DNA from: the human T2T-CHM13v2.0 reference genome, Homo sapiens
Assembly: GCF_009914755.1 (NCBI RefSeq)
Contig: NC_060942.1
Reading direction: 5' to 3' (one strand)
DNA length: 64,000 nucleotides
Shown: piece by piece, positions 11,819 through 26,189 of the stretch
Layout: every line of letters begins with the position of its first letter
Position numbering within the stretch: position 1 is the first letter of the stretch
Notes under the pieces: generated by a model
The model's database searches: none
The model's input: only the letters and a program-made list of their open reading frames with translations
Told to the model about the DNA's origin: nothing
Made by a program: the position numbers and the translations under genes

Positions 11819-13956
11819 CTTCACCCAAAACAAAAGAGGAGATGAATAACCACATTACTGTAGAGTCTTTTTAGTGGCAACGAAATCATAACCATCAAAG
11901 AATGTTCCTTGCTTGCAGATATCTGTTTCATTTTTTCCTGTTTCTTCCCCCATTCATGTCTCAACAATTTTTTTGAACCAAGCAGAAAAATGATCAGAAG
12001 AGCTGCACATCCCCATACTCATAGAATAATAAGCTCCCTTTATGCAATTTGTTAGAGGTTCATTCTAGAACGACCTTTTTCTTATATTATCCCTTTAAAT
12101 CATCACTCTTTACAGCTGAGTACACATGAAATGCTCTGGAGTTGTACTAAGGTTAAGCATTAAAGTTGCATGTCAAAAATCGTATTAGTCAAAATCATTA
12201 TTATAAGCCATTCTCCACTCAAAGAACCTTGAAAAAATTAAGGTTATGCAGGGAGTTTGTGAGCCAACTCTTTAATCACCCAGGGAACTTCAAATACGAG
12301 TTTGGTACAATTAGTAGCACAGGGCTAACTGGGGTGGGTTAACCAGTTTGAACATGAATTTTTTTGTTTGTTTAATTTAGCTTAGACTTCTGCCTTCTTC
12401 CCCTTCCCCCACTCCCAGCTCACCCTCCCCTCTGCTCTCCCCCTGTGCACCACTGGCGATATAGCAGCACCAATTGGTAAAAATGAGACTGTGATGTTGT
12501 TGTGAGCCTCCCCAGAGTGGAGCCCTGCCAATGCTTGCCACTGATCCAGCGGCATGAACCTGCTCAACTGTGCAAAGTCACTCTAATTCCCTCCCTCTGT
12601 TTTTCTACCTTCTCCCCCAGGGGGCAACCACTGAAAGGAGTGACTACCCACCCATCAAGAGCTGGCAATTCGCTGCTATTAACCGTGACTGTGATTCCCA
12701 GTCCGCCTGGCAGTTCCTGAGAAAGGCCTGCAATGTCTCATATGCAGTAAAAGCTGTAAGATGCACCCTGGCCAGCACACTCGACCTGATGGATGTACAA
12801 TCCTCAGGAACAGTAATGGATTGAGCACACTTGCGATTGAAGCAGGGAGAGGAGGCCCAGACCCCTACAAAGGGCCTGCTGATTTAACAGTCGCTTTACA
12901 GGTAATTGAACTTTTCATGTACCTGAAAGGCTCAAGGTGATGGTGGAAGAAACGGAACAACAATGATTGAATCAAAAAAGTCAATAAATACAAAAGGATT
13001 CCTCTTAGTGATGATCACAAGCCCACGGCGTGGCTCTGAATCTATGATTACATATTCAGCTCGTTCTGATTCAAGAATGCTTGGCGAAGTATGCCCTTGT
13101 GGAGAAGCATTGTTTGTTGGTTAAGAACCTAACATTCGGAGAGTTAACTTAATACAGTTAATGACATCTCCATGTGAAGGAAGGGAACAAGAGAATTCCT
13201 TTGATGAAACTCTGGTGCCATTGAATGCATTATTATGCCTCAGTGGGAAAAATACCTTCTGGAGAATTGTCCATAGTAGACACTCATAGATAGAGGGAGC
13301 TGTACTTACAGAGGAATGAGTAATGTGATGGCAGCTTGCAGTGTTAATTTTGCCACTCTGTGGATATAGTTGAGCCAAAAGGAAAACAAACAAACCCAAA
13401 CTCTGAATTTGAAGTACCTTCAAACAGTACCCATATGCTTTATAGACTAGTAGTTGGCAAATAGAATACAACAGCAAAGAGCCCCCATACTTGGAGGATT
13501 TCAGTGATTGGGGTGTTTTTGCAAGAGGGGTTAAGAAAAATCAGTGCAGTCTGTACCTTTCTTTCACTTGGAAAACATACATACATAATTCACATGCTAT
13601 ATAATCTCCTAGATGCATGGCCACAGAGCTGATATATGACCATTTTTTTCTTATTGTAGTTTTTAGCCCAAATAACCACTCTGTGTGTGTAAGAGAAGTC
13701 AAGATGAAAACAAATACTCTTTTTAGGTTGCTGCAAATGACCATGTGTAGACAGACCTGTTCAACTGGAAGTCACGATTCTGTGACTGTCCTAACATCAC
13801 TCGTCCACATGCCGCCAGACTGCAGTTGGGGGTAGATCAGTATCAACAGGATAGACACAGAGGAAAGAACTCATGGAAGTGGCGGTTGTGACAAAAGCAA
13901 CATAATTAAATATATTTTAGTATATAAACAAATTAACTGCTTAAAACATGTATTTA

Positions 13957-14419
<463 letters not shown>

Positions 14420-16574
14420 TGTGTTTAATGGATGGCAAAGGGAGATGAATGCATGGCTCACACATGTTTGTAAGGTCATTTCATTCATTGATAAGAGGAA
14501 CTTCCCTAGACAAGTTACACTGGTGATTCTCCACCCTGATTTAGATGGACCATCTCTGCTGATAAGGAGAGGATCTAGTGTCTTTGTTCTCTTGCCCAAA
14601 TTGCCAGCCATTGCCATCTGTCCTCTAAGAAGTGGACTGACTACCAATACAAAAGCCAGTGAACAGTGGGCAAACGGTAACACCCTCCACCCCTGCCAAC
14701 AGTGACATGATTCAAGGGCTAGCTAGCAAAGAGCAATGAAAGATTCCACACAACTAAGGTAAATCTCTAAGCGACTCAGGCCTCTGCAGAGACTGTAATA
14801 AAGAATTATGTGGAGGAAAAGGAAATCCTACTTACCCTCAATGGCTGTGTGTTTTCTACAAAGGGGCAGTGCTTTGAAGCCATTATGTATGGCTTTCTTA
14901 GTGAATCAAGATGCCTTCCAAATCTTTTGCATTGTTATATTTACATCATCATTCATTCAATTTGTCATGACATTTTACTTAGAGTATTTTTTCTCTAAAT
15001 CTTGTGTTATTCAGTTTTCCAAGCCAGTATCAATATTATTTAATTCTAAATAAAACTTGAAGCTCTACTTTGTGAAGATGAACCAAATTGAAACCCAAAA
15101 TAGGATAAAACATGTAAGAAGTTGGATCATACAGAGGAAAGAACACATCAAGTAACAAAACACATTTGAGTGGTTTTCTCACTATTTTCTCCATTGACTC
15201 TCAAAACAGCTCAACGTGGTAGGTATAACTCTCCATTTTACAGAGAGGAGAGAAAGTTCCCATAGCTGTTATAAGAAGGTACACATTTGGACATTACAGA
15301 AAACTATGAAGATTTCTGAATCCGAATAAAGAAACCTAATAGAGATTACTTTACATTTCTTATTGCTTAAGAATAATACAAATGAGAATAACCATCACAT
15401 ATTTTACTTTGATATAAATGCAATGTCAACTATTCAATTACTCCTAGAAAGCAATACACGTGAATAATTCCTGTGGAAAAGCTTCCATTCTTTTTACAAT
15501 GTGCAATTATAATAGTGACAATGACAATAACGACAGTTAATAATGAATGCATATTGAATACTGAACTTCTGATTATCATACTATTTATTTGATGTGTGTG
15601 AACTTCAATTTGAAAACACCACAAACAAAGATACCTGTGAACTAGAAAAGTAAAATTAAGAGAAGCTGAACTAACTGTGCTGAAGGGGGTTTTAATTATT
15701 CTTTTTCAAATAATTCCAGCAGAGCTTTACAGGTTTAATTTTAGATTAGTCAAAATTTATAAATGTAGCCTCATTGCAATCTCTAGAGCTTCTTCTCATG
15801 GCAACATAGAACATAGTATACTTTTTAGAAGCTCTTAACATAGGGAACCAATTTAGCCCAAATTAATATATTCTCTTCATACCTTTTATTATTTTCAAAT
15901 ACTCCTTTCACTCTTCATTTTACCCATTTTACCCAACCCAGACCAAAGTACGTATTGAAAGACAAGGAATAAAAGAAATGTAAACAAAAAGCTGAGTATA
16001 TCGTGGTTAATAATATTTGAATGTCTTTGATCTGAGTTCCTTGATTCTTGCATAGAAAAATGTAAGGTTGCAAAGGCGATGGAATCTGAAGGTCTCCTTT
16101 GTTCCATCTCAGTAACTGCCCAACATTTACCATGTGTCACATTTGGGCGTGTGTGTGCGCCTGTATGCGTGAGTGCTGGCGTGCATACATACTTTGGTTC
16201 CCAGGATGAATGATTGAAGGATGACCTAAACCTCCTGGTGTAAACAAATTTTTCATCATACTGGTGTTCTAAGTACTGTAAAATCTCATTTATTTATATT
16301 TCAGTGATTTGGAACTTCAATAATTGGGAAACAGGCCAGATAAAGTTTTCCTTTCCATGATACATGAGAAAAGTTTTCATGAACTAGATTGCAAAAAAAC
16401 TTTTAACCTATTTAGAAATCAGCTGATATGCTGGCACTTTATAATCACCAATGCACATTTAGGCAAAATTCATTTTACAGATAACAAATATTTCTCATTT
16501 ATGAAAGAAGATATTCTGCAATGTTCTAAGAATCATTAACTCATAGAGTTAGAAGAAAACTTTGAGGTAATCTA

Positions 16575-16765
16575 GTTCCGTAATTCCCAGGCCCTAGCAA
16601 GTTACCAGGATCAACTGAAGGCATTAGAAATTTTGGATTCTTAGTATAGATTTTCAGTTCTCGACTCTCAGAGATTATGATTCAATAGGATGAGTCTTAA
16701 AAAATCAATGCTGTTTCACAGCCTTCCAGTTGATGCTAATACACAGCCAGACTTGAGGACACTGA
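16575..16765. mobile_element. MER5-like hAT-Charlie fragment
   Basis: cagagattatgattcaatagg...ccttccagttgatgctaatacacagccagacttgaggacactg. Confidence 0.55.
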
Positions 16766-16962
16766 CTTGGTCTAGTCCCCTACATAATATAGAAATCCTT
16801 CTGATAGTTTTTTAAACAAGTAATTATTATTATCTATTTGGAAATTTGAAATGAATCTTAGGTTTTCAGATACACTCTGTTGTTAAAAGTTGTTGTACAG
16901 TTGTGTTAGATATATTTTTTCCTCTTAAGCTGAGCTGAAAAACCTACCTAGGTTTTCTAGAG

Positions 16963-17458
16963 CAGTGGTCCTCAACCTTTTTGGTACCAGGGTCCGGTTT
17001 CATGGAAGACAGTTTTTCCATGGACCAGAGGGATGGTTTCAGGATGATTCAAATGCAGTACATTTATTGTGCACTTTATTTCTATTATTATATTTCTATT
17101 ATTACATTGTAATATATAATAAAACAATTATACAACTCATCATAATGTAGAATCAGTGGGAGCCCTGAGCTTGTTTTCCTGCAACTAGACAGTCCCATCT
17201 GGGGGTGATGGGAGACAGTGACACATCATCAGGTATTAGATTCTCATAAGGAGCACACAAGCTACTTCCCTCACATGTGCAATTCACGTAGGGTTTGCGC
17301 TCATATGAGAATCTGATACTGCCACTAATCTGACAGGAGGCAGAGCTCAGGTGGTAATGCAAGTGATAGAGAGCAGCTGTAAATACAAACGAAGCTTCAC
17401 TCGCTTGCCCACCACTCACCTCCTGCTGTACGGCCCAGTTCCTAACAGGCCATGGACC
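16963..17458 (+). mobile_element. MER1A hAT-Charlie DNA transposon fossil
   Basis: cagtggtcctcaacctttttggtaccaggg...gtagaatcagtgggagccctgagcttgttttcctgcaactagac...ttcctaacaggccatggacc. Confidence 0.88.
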
Positions 17459-17977
17459 AAAGAAAACTGAAATACTAGTTTTCTTTTAAGGCTTTCTAAA
17501 ATCACAGTAGTGTTTTAGCAGTCACAGTGCAGTGCTGGGTCCCTGTTCAGCTTCTACTGATTATCAATATCAATCTTTTTTTAAAAAAACAAGTGTTTTC
17601 AAGCCAAGTTTTTCCTATCCTATATTTCTTCTAATTAAAATATTTTAAACAGCTATGCGTGACTATTTTTTAACATTTTTTGTCCTCTACTGATTTAGAC
17701 ACTTTGCTTCAATTCGTTTACAGTTAGCAATTGTTAACTGAGTTCCTACTATGTTCCAGGTGGTGTTCTAAGGATTGGAGATAATAATGGGAACAAGAGG
17801 AATAAATTCCTTGTTCATTGCGGTACTTAATTCCACCCTAGTGGGGACATCTATGGAAGCCATCAGAATCTTTGAGGCAGAGTAGCCTAGTTGTTAAGGG
17901 TGTAGACCTCTTAGCTAAGGTGAGATGCCTGGTTTCAGCTGTTCTAAGTGAACGTAGGCTGGCCTTTTTGTCACTCT

Positions 17978-18559
<582 letters not shown>

Positions 18560-19084
18560 TCTTTGCCTCTCTTTAACCTTATTTATAAAATAGGGATAAC
18601 ACTAACAAGACCTAAGGCGCAGGCATCTTTAATTTTCAGAATTAAAAGATATAATATATGTAAAGCATTTAAAACAGTGCTAAATAAATGCTAATTATCA
18701 TTACCACCACCATCATCAACAACTTCATAGTTATTGACATCATCATTATCCTCATCCTCATTATCATCAATATTATCTGTTCCTTTATGTAATTTGCAGG
18801 TTTGACAAGCAGGTGGCCTATGCCCTCATCCAAGTTTTATTACTTAAAGATAATAAAGAGTTGTACTTCAATTGTTTTGATATTTTAATTATGCTAACTC
18901 ATTCTTCCTGAAATGATACTAAATCATTGGGATTTTTACTTTCTCTACATAGGGTCTTTGGGAGTGTATGACCATTTTTTGAAACATGGAGATTTGATTG
19001 AAAACAACGACAATAACAACAAGCAGTTTTGAAGTAGCAAAGCGATCCAGAGTAGATAATCATTACCCCATCTTTCCGAAGCCA

Positions 19085-19260
19085 GGTTAATTACAAGTTA
19101 AGAGTCATCAGACCTGGATTTAAATCCTCTACCTTTTCTTATGTTTAACTCCTTGGGCTGACTCTAAGCCTCAGTTGCTTCATCTGTAAAGTGGGAATAA
19201 TGGTATCCTCTTACAAGAATGTTGTAAGGGTTAAATAAAGTCATTTAGGTGTAATAGCAA
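19085..19260 (+). mobile_element. MIR SINE
   Basis: cagacctggatttaaatcct...ctaagcctcagttgcttcatctgtaaagtgggaataat MIR core. Confidence 0.75.
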
Positions 19261-19628
19261 AATAAATGCCTTCTACTTGTAACCAAAGCCACTCTGTAGA
19301 GCCAGTCCCTCCAGCAAATGAAAGGCCCTTTGTGCTGCTGACACCTTGAAAGATGAATGTCTCTGCATACTGAAGGGGGAAAATATTGATACTTTCAACA
19401 TAATCCAGGAGGAAGGGGCTGTGGAAAATGGAAAGAAGTTTTGACTCTTTCCCATGTCCTCCCAATTTCAGTGGACTTTACTAAACTTATGATAGCTTAG
19501 TATTGCATAAAAGCAGTAAATGGGCATTTTCACATCTGGTGGTACAGCAGCAATGTATGGGAGTGATTTGGCAGGTAGAAAAGGCCAGGAAAACACAAGT
19601 TCCAGGGACTCACAGACATGAGGATGGA

Positions 19629-20002
19629 TGTGTGAGTCAGTTCAGGCTGCGATAACAAAAATACCATAGACTGCGTGGCTTGAACAACAGAAAATTATTT
19701 CTCATAGTTTTGGAGGCTGAAAAGTGGAAGATCAGAGTGCTGGTAGATTCTGTTCCTAGTGAGGGCCCACTTCCCATTTCTGTTCTCATATGGTGAGGGG
19801 GGCAATGAGAGAGAGAGAGAGGAGAGCACACATGTGTGCTCTCCTCTCTCTTCTTATAAAGCCGCTAATTCCATCATGAGGGTTCCACCATCATGACCTA
19901 ATTACCTCCCAAAGGTCCCATATCCAAATACTATCTTACTGGTGATTAGGGTTTCAAGGTATGAATTTTTAAGGGGTGGACCCAAACATTTAGACCATAG
20001 CA
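19629..20002 (-). mobile_element. MaLR solo LTR (MLT1A/MST type)
   Basis: tgtgtgagtcagttcaggctgcgataacaaaaataccatagactg...catgacctaattacctcccaaagg...aaacatttagaccatagca; TG...CA ends. Confidence 0.85.
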
Positions 20003-21614
20003 AAATAGTTTTGGTTTTCCACAGGCCAGAGGATTATAGGGGTTCATAGCAATTTCTTTACCAGATCTGTTATGCCTCCAGCTGAAATCTGGGTTACATA
20101 GGAATAAAATATTTATATAGTTCAAAATTGATAAGTGATAGCGATTATTATTATGTGTAATTATTAACTTTACAAAGTACTCATTTGAAAATTCATCTTT
20201 GGAATTTTGGAGTTTTTATTGCTTAGAAGCCTTGCAGATACCATATGTTACACTGTATATAAATAGCCAGAACTTTGATTGCATAAGCAAGTTTAACAAA
20301 AATATAAAATCACTGGACTTCCTACAATGGTATTGACTCAGATCTCATTCATAAAATATAATCTACTTACTTCTCTTCGCTGCCAGCTGCCTCTGTTAGG
20401 GTAGTCACCAAATCTTACAATATTCAAGTCACCGAATTTCATGGTATCCTTGACTCTTCCATTTTCTTGCTATATTCTATAGTTTCTAGAGCTGTAATAT
20501 TTCTTAAATCTTTCTCTTCATTCCAGCTGAGCGGCCATCAGCTGGATTCAGCTGGGTTGGTTCTCCCTTGTGCTGTTGTAAAGTGGTAGCCCTGCTTTCT
20601 GACCCCCATCCCCATCAACACTACATATTTTGTCAAATGAATTTTAGCAAAGCCAAACATTAATAACCAATTACATCAGTCCTCTTCTTAAAAACCATTG
20701 AATTCCCAATTACCTATCTTATTATAACCTCTCTTTCCTTTCTCTCTTTTTTTCTCCTATTAGTAAATGTCTTCCTGGAATTTCATTTGGGGGATAAAAG
20801 AGCTTGTGAGTCCAGATCTGGAAAAATGTGAAAGGGGAATTTCATATGGAAGCTGCTCAGATCGTGGGGAGGAAGTAACAGAGGTAGATCCCTCTACTCC
20901 AAGTAATTGGCCTGGCCAGAAGGAGGCTTTGAAAGGCAGCTAGCCTTCCCTAAACTTCCAGCCAGAATGGTACCCAAAACTGCCCCAAGGAGAGCTGCTA
21001 CCCTTCTCTTAAAATTTTCCAGCGAAGTAAACTCCTTTGAGAGTTTGTTCCAGCTGATTTGCTGTTGTATTTAGGTGTCTTTATCATAGCTGTTCTTGGT
21101 AATTACACAGCAGCTTTCATCGGAAGAGCCTTTAAATAGACCTGATAATGCCTCTGGGAGGTAGGTAAACACAAAGTATCATTATCCCCATTTAACAGAT
21201 GAAAGACTAGAGGAAAAGGGGCTTAGGCAGCTTTTCCAGTGTGCAGGATGGGTTTTATTTTCCTCCATTTCACACAAGAAACATCTCCAGGGTTTTCTCA
21301 CACAACTCTTCTGTGGCTCTCAGGTGTGGCTGAAAATGCCTTACTTCCCAGAGTCTGACTTTGGGCTCCTCCTCTTCCTCACACACAGAGTCTGGCTATG
21401 TGGTGACTGAAGAACGGTCAGTCACGTGCCTATTATTTAGTTTTCCTAAGATGGAAGTAACTTTAAGATTTGTTTGATTATATCATAAAGATAATACATG
21501 CTCACTGAAAAAACTTCTGACTATACTTAAAAGCAAGAAGAACTTACTACATAGTAGGTGCTCAATAAATGTTTGTTGTATAAATGAAGATATGACGAAT
21601 AAAAGAAGGAATAG

Positions 21615-21931
21615 AGTCCAACGTAGTGTCTCATGCCTGTAATCCCAGCCCTTTGGAAGGCCAAGGTGGGCAGATCACTTGAGGTCAGCAGCTTGAGATC
21701 AGCCTGGCCAACATGGTGAAACCCCATCTCTACTAAAAATACAAAAATTAGCTGGGGGTTGTGGCGTGTGCCTGTAATCCCAGCTACTCAGGAGGCTGAG
21801 GCGGGAGAATCACTTGAACTTGGGAGGTGGAGGTTGCTGTGAGCTGAGGACACGTCACTGCACTCCAGGCTGGGCAACAGAGTGAGACTCCATCTCAAAA
21901 AAACAAAACAAAACAAACAAACACCAACAAC
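21615..21931 (+). mobile_element. Full-length AluS
   Basis: Dimeric Alu, A/C-rich tail, TSD AAAGAAGGAATAG. Confidence 0.93.
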
Positions 21932-22526
21932 AAAGAAGGAATAGGTGGGCAGACTAAAAGCCCCATAAGCCCCAAGGATCAGTGGGATTACAAAATCCCA
22001 CTATCTAGGAGGATGTTATAGATTCTTTATATTCTTTTTTTTCCCTTACTTGTTTCAAGGTTCAGTCAGTGGGGTGGAGGTGTCAAAAGGCAATGGGGAA
22101 AAAGGAAAAAGCGTATTTCTGAACCACAGGGTGGAAGACTCAGAGAGCCATATATTGGGAAAAGGACATTCATATCAACCAACTCCCAAATCTAAGCTGC
22201 TATTTTTACTATGTACTGCCCTAGACCCTCCACCTTTTATCCCTGTCTGAGCATGTCCAAATAATGAGTCTTTCTCTTGTTACGTTATCACGTTCATCAT
22301 TTTTCTTTGGATGTCTCTGCTTATCTTTGTTCTTTAGGTCTAGTGTTGTCTTATAGAATAGGAGCCTACCATGATAAAGCACAATGTTTACCAAACTTCA
22401 GTTATCAGTACAACAGAAGACTTTCATTATTTTTGCCATAGCCACATGCTTTGAAATTATTCACTAAATATTTTATTTAAAACTGCTCACTTAAAAAAAT
22501 GCTTCCTTAAAAATCCCAGGCTATTG

Positions 22527-22721
22527 TAGTGGTTCCCAATGTGGGAACTTTTTTTTTTTTTTTTTTTTTGAGACGGAGTCTCGCTCTGTCGCCCAGGCTG
22601 GAGTGCAGTGGCGGGATCTCGGCTCACTGCAAGCTCCGCCTCCAATGTGGGAACTTTTATAAGCTATCAGAACTTCTCAGGGATTCTGATTCAATGATCT
22701 GGGATGGGACCCAGCATCATA

Positions 22722-22757
<36 letters not shown>

Positions 22758-22816
22758 TTTTAAGCTTTCTCAGTGATTCTATTAATAAGATGCAACGGGT
22801 ATTGAGAACCATGGTT
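22527..22816. mobile_element. MER5A-like element interrupted by the AluYa5 fragment and by (TG)16 at 22724-22756
   Basis: tagtggttcccaat...gattctgattcaatgatctgggatgggacccag...gtgattct...ttgagaaccatgg. Confidence 0.6.
22553..22641 (-). mobile_element. Severely 5'-truncated AluYa5-type insertion
   Basis: 72-nt Alu 3' end with all CpGs intact and the Ya5 variant GAGATCCCGCC, pure T tract, 17-nt TSD CCAATGTGGGAACTTTT (22536-22552 and 22642-22658). Confidence 0.88.
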
Positions 22817-23147
22817 CTAAGCAATTATATTTACTAAATCATGGGCTTCATGGGTTAATTATTTTATCTCTAAAACACGTTAAAATATAACAATACCTAA
22901 CTTATTATAAATGTTAAAATGATTTCTTGTGTACCATCTGAAATTGTCTCACATTCTACCAGTGGCAGATAAATCCTACTTGGGGATGCACTATAAGAAA
23001 TGGAAGAAATCAGGACTTTAATATCTGAAGCTCTGAAAACCTGTTACATTCCAACTCTGCCACTTCCTGTCTGTGTGACCATGTGAAGATCAACAACTTT
23101 GTTGGCTGTTGCTTTACACATTGCAATTTTGATTAGCCATCTTCCCA

Positions 23148-23192
23148 CCCCTTCACTTCTCATCCCGCCCCTTCACTTCTCATCCCGCCCCT
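23148..23192. repeat. Tandem duplication of 20-mer CCCCTTCACTTCTCATCCCG
   Basis: Two exact copies plus a partial third. Confidence 0.9.
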
Positions 23193-25791
23193 GTGGCTCA
23201 CATGGGTCCTCCACAATTCTTCCAGAATGTTACTGTGTCCTCTAGCATGCAGTTACGGTAGTTGGCTTATGCTTTTGCCACATTCCTCTAGGCACCAAAC
23301 TTGCAGACTGGCTGGTGATGGCAGAGGCAGATATAACAAAAAAGTCTTAAGACCTTTATCTGAATCCATGAAATGTAGCCCACCCCCACCACCCAAGGCT
23401 TAGCTCATAAGCCCCAAGGATCAGGACGAGTTTATCTTTATATTATACATAGCACTTGACACTTCATCCTTGGCCCTTTGCTTCATGAGGGACAATGGCT
23501 TCCAGCCAAGTTTATACTCACTGCATTTCCCCCTCCTTCTCCACCTCCCAGATTAAAGCTTCCTTTGGTAACTAGGAGCAGTTGAATATCTTCTTTGCTT
23601 GATTACCTATATAATCCCTAATTCTAATACCTCCTACTTAGCACCTTTCTTCTGAAGAGCATAAATTGCAATGGAAATAGCATCTCATTAATCCTCCCCA
23701 CATCCCTGTGAGGAAGTTGCGTGGCAAGCATTAGCTCTCAGACTAATCCTCCTGCCTGCAAGTGGGATGCAGGGTCCTGCTGCTCTCTAGCACAGATGCT
23801 TGCTACTGAGCAAGCTGGTGGGGACAACCAACGTGTGTGTGACAGGAGAAAGCTCTTCTCTTTGTTCAAGAGAGATGTGGTTCTGTGCAGCCTGCCACAG
23901 TGGAGCCATTCAAGCTCTGTATAGCCTAGTGACGAAAGGAGATAAAGCATCACTCTCAGGCTAGTGATGGACTCGTAAGTAATGCCTGCATTTAAACTCC
24001 TAATAAAGCCCAATTATTAGACTATGCTGCCTCCTGAGAGCCAGTCTCATTACTGAGACTTCGTCCTGTCTTTTTCTTTCTCCCTCCCATCTGGCTGGCT
24101 TTTGGAAGAGATAAGAGTGACTTTTTGACCTAAGGAAACTTTGGCACCTGCTGCAGAAGAAAAAGTGCAGAAAGACACCAAGGTCGCAAAATAATAATGA
24201 AAATTCAAGTTCAGAAGGATGCAACATCTTTCCACTAAAATTATATCTCTGAGAGAGTGAGACATAATGGTAGAAATGAATATTTTGACAGCAACCTGAC
24301 ATTCTGAAGAAAGGAGTTCAGCCATTCAAGATGATGCTGAGAGGGACAACAGCCTCCCGATCCAAAGTCCAATTTCATTCTTTACTCTAACTCCAGGGAG
24401 AGGTTCCTTGTGGGGAAACTGTGAGGCTCTTTCGGAGGAACTGGAGCCAGCCTCCTGCCAACCAGGCTGTTTCCAGTTGGAGAGTCACTGCAGGAGTGGC
24501 CATGCAGGGAGATACTGAGAAAAGTTAGTAACAGGATAGATTTCTCCAGGCTTCTCCCGGAATATTCATGGCAACAAATAAGTGTCCATTTTCAAGAAGG
24601 GAGTTTCAGTGGATTCCTTCTAAAAGGACTCAACGTTTATTTTTAGGGTAAGAAAAATGCTATGAAATCATCCTGGGGCAAAGATAAAAGAAGAAGGTTA
24701 TCCTTATTTTTGTGTAGATCTGCAGCAAGGGAGGGAGGCAGGCCCTGGCGGGTGTGTGTGCTGAGGAGACAATGAGGTGTGGCTTGTGGAATCCTGCTTA
24801 GGGACACCCTGCTGCTGTGGGTGAAATGGAATCTCTTATCTTCCTCTGCTTTTCCTCTCCCTCCTTGTAGGGAGCCAGTTCTTTCTGTTCTTTGCTGTAT
24901 CACCAACCCTCGAGGGACCATGGTGCCACAATGAACCCTAGGTGGAGGGCTCCGTGGTGTCTAGGAAGCCCTCCAAGGTCATCCCCCACTGGAAAGGGCA
25001 TTCACAGAAGCCTCTAAGACCCACCCAATCAGCTAATCTGGAGCAATATTCTTTTCATTATCAGATCTTTGACATGCAGCAACAAATTATTCTGAAAAGT
25101 TTACCATATTCTCTGAAGCTGAATTGTGGATGCTATACTGTGTGGCTTGAATTATTCTCTAGTGCAAATTCTGTAGTGCGCTAGGGACCCGAATTTCATC
25201 TCTAGGAAATAAATCCCCTAGAATTTGGTAATTCCAGCAACTTTCCCTATGACTCATTTCCCTTTTTCTCATATCAATTAATGAAATTTCTTTTAATTTT
25301 GCAAAAATTTTTCCCCATTTTTTAAGAAATCACTATCAGTATTTTCTCCTATCTTTTATAGACATGTAGCAAATTCAAAAAACAGAAGCAATTATTTGTT
25401 TAGTTCCATGATTTTCAAAATGTGGTCCAAAATCTACTGGTAGCAGAACTACCTATGATGCTTGCTAAACATGCAGGTTCTTGGGACCTCCTTTCAGATC
25501 AATTTATTTAGAATCTCTGGGGTGGAGCTAGGGAAGATATATTTTGTTAAAAAGCTCTATGTTTGATTCTTTAAAAAGCTACTGGTCTAGGCAAGATCTT
25601 CTGGAATTGAGGAAAAAGGATCTGAATTTTTTTTTCTCTACTAGCTTTACATTACTGGAAGAGCTATTTATACACTGCTGACTTGGATAACTGTTCAGCT
25701 GCCTAGATAACTTTGCTTGTATGGATCTAGTTGAAAAGCAATATTTCAGTTAATTTCCCTGTTTTCTAATTTTGTGTCTTAAACGTGGCTT

Positions 25792-26134
25792 TGTTACGGA
25801 CCAAACTGTGTTCCCTCCAAATTCATGTGTTGAAGCCCTAACCCCCAAAGTGACTACATTTGGAGATAGAGCTTTTAAGGAGGTAATTAAGGTTAAATGA
25901 GGTCATAAGGGTGAGGCCCTGATCCAATATGACTGATGTCCTTATAAGAAGAGGAAGAAACACCAGATCTTCCTCTGCATGTAAGCACAGAGAAAAGGCC
26001 ATGTGGGCATACAGCAGGAAGGCAGCTGTCTACAAACCAGGAAGAGAGGCTCCGCAGAAATCAACCCTGCTGGCACCTTGGTCTTGAACTTCCAACCACC
26101 AGAAATTGGAGACAATAAATTTTTGTTAAGCCAC
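25792..26134 (+). mobile_element. MLT1A0-like MaLR solo LTR
   Basis: tgttacggaccaaactgtgttccctccaaattcatgtgttgaagccctaacccc...aataaatttttgttaagccac. Confidence 0.88.
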
Positions 26135-26163
26135 TTGGAGACTTTAGGGTTTAGAGTTTCCTT

Positions 26164-26189
26164 CACACACACACACACACACACACACA
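26164..26189. repeat. (CA)13 microsatellite
   Basis: Directly visible. Confidence 0.95.

Noticed and set aside
11646-11855. 69-aa minus-strand ORF over exon 3
   Set aside because: Wrong frame; the real exon uses another frame fixed by the splice phase.
23148-23192. Short tandem duplications (also 60934-60985) as CRISPR-like repeats
   Set aside because: Adjacent copies with no spacers, in primate DNA; ordinary slippage duplications.
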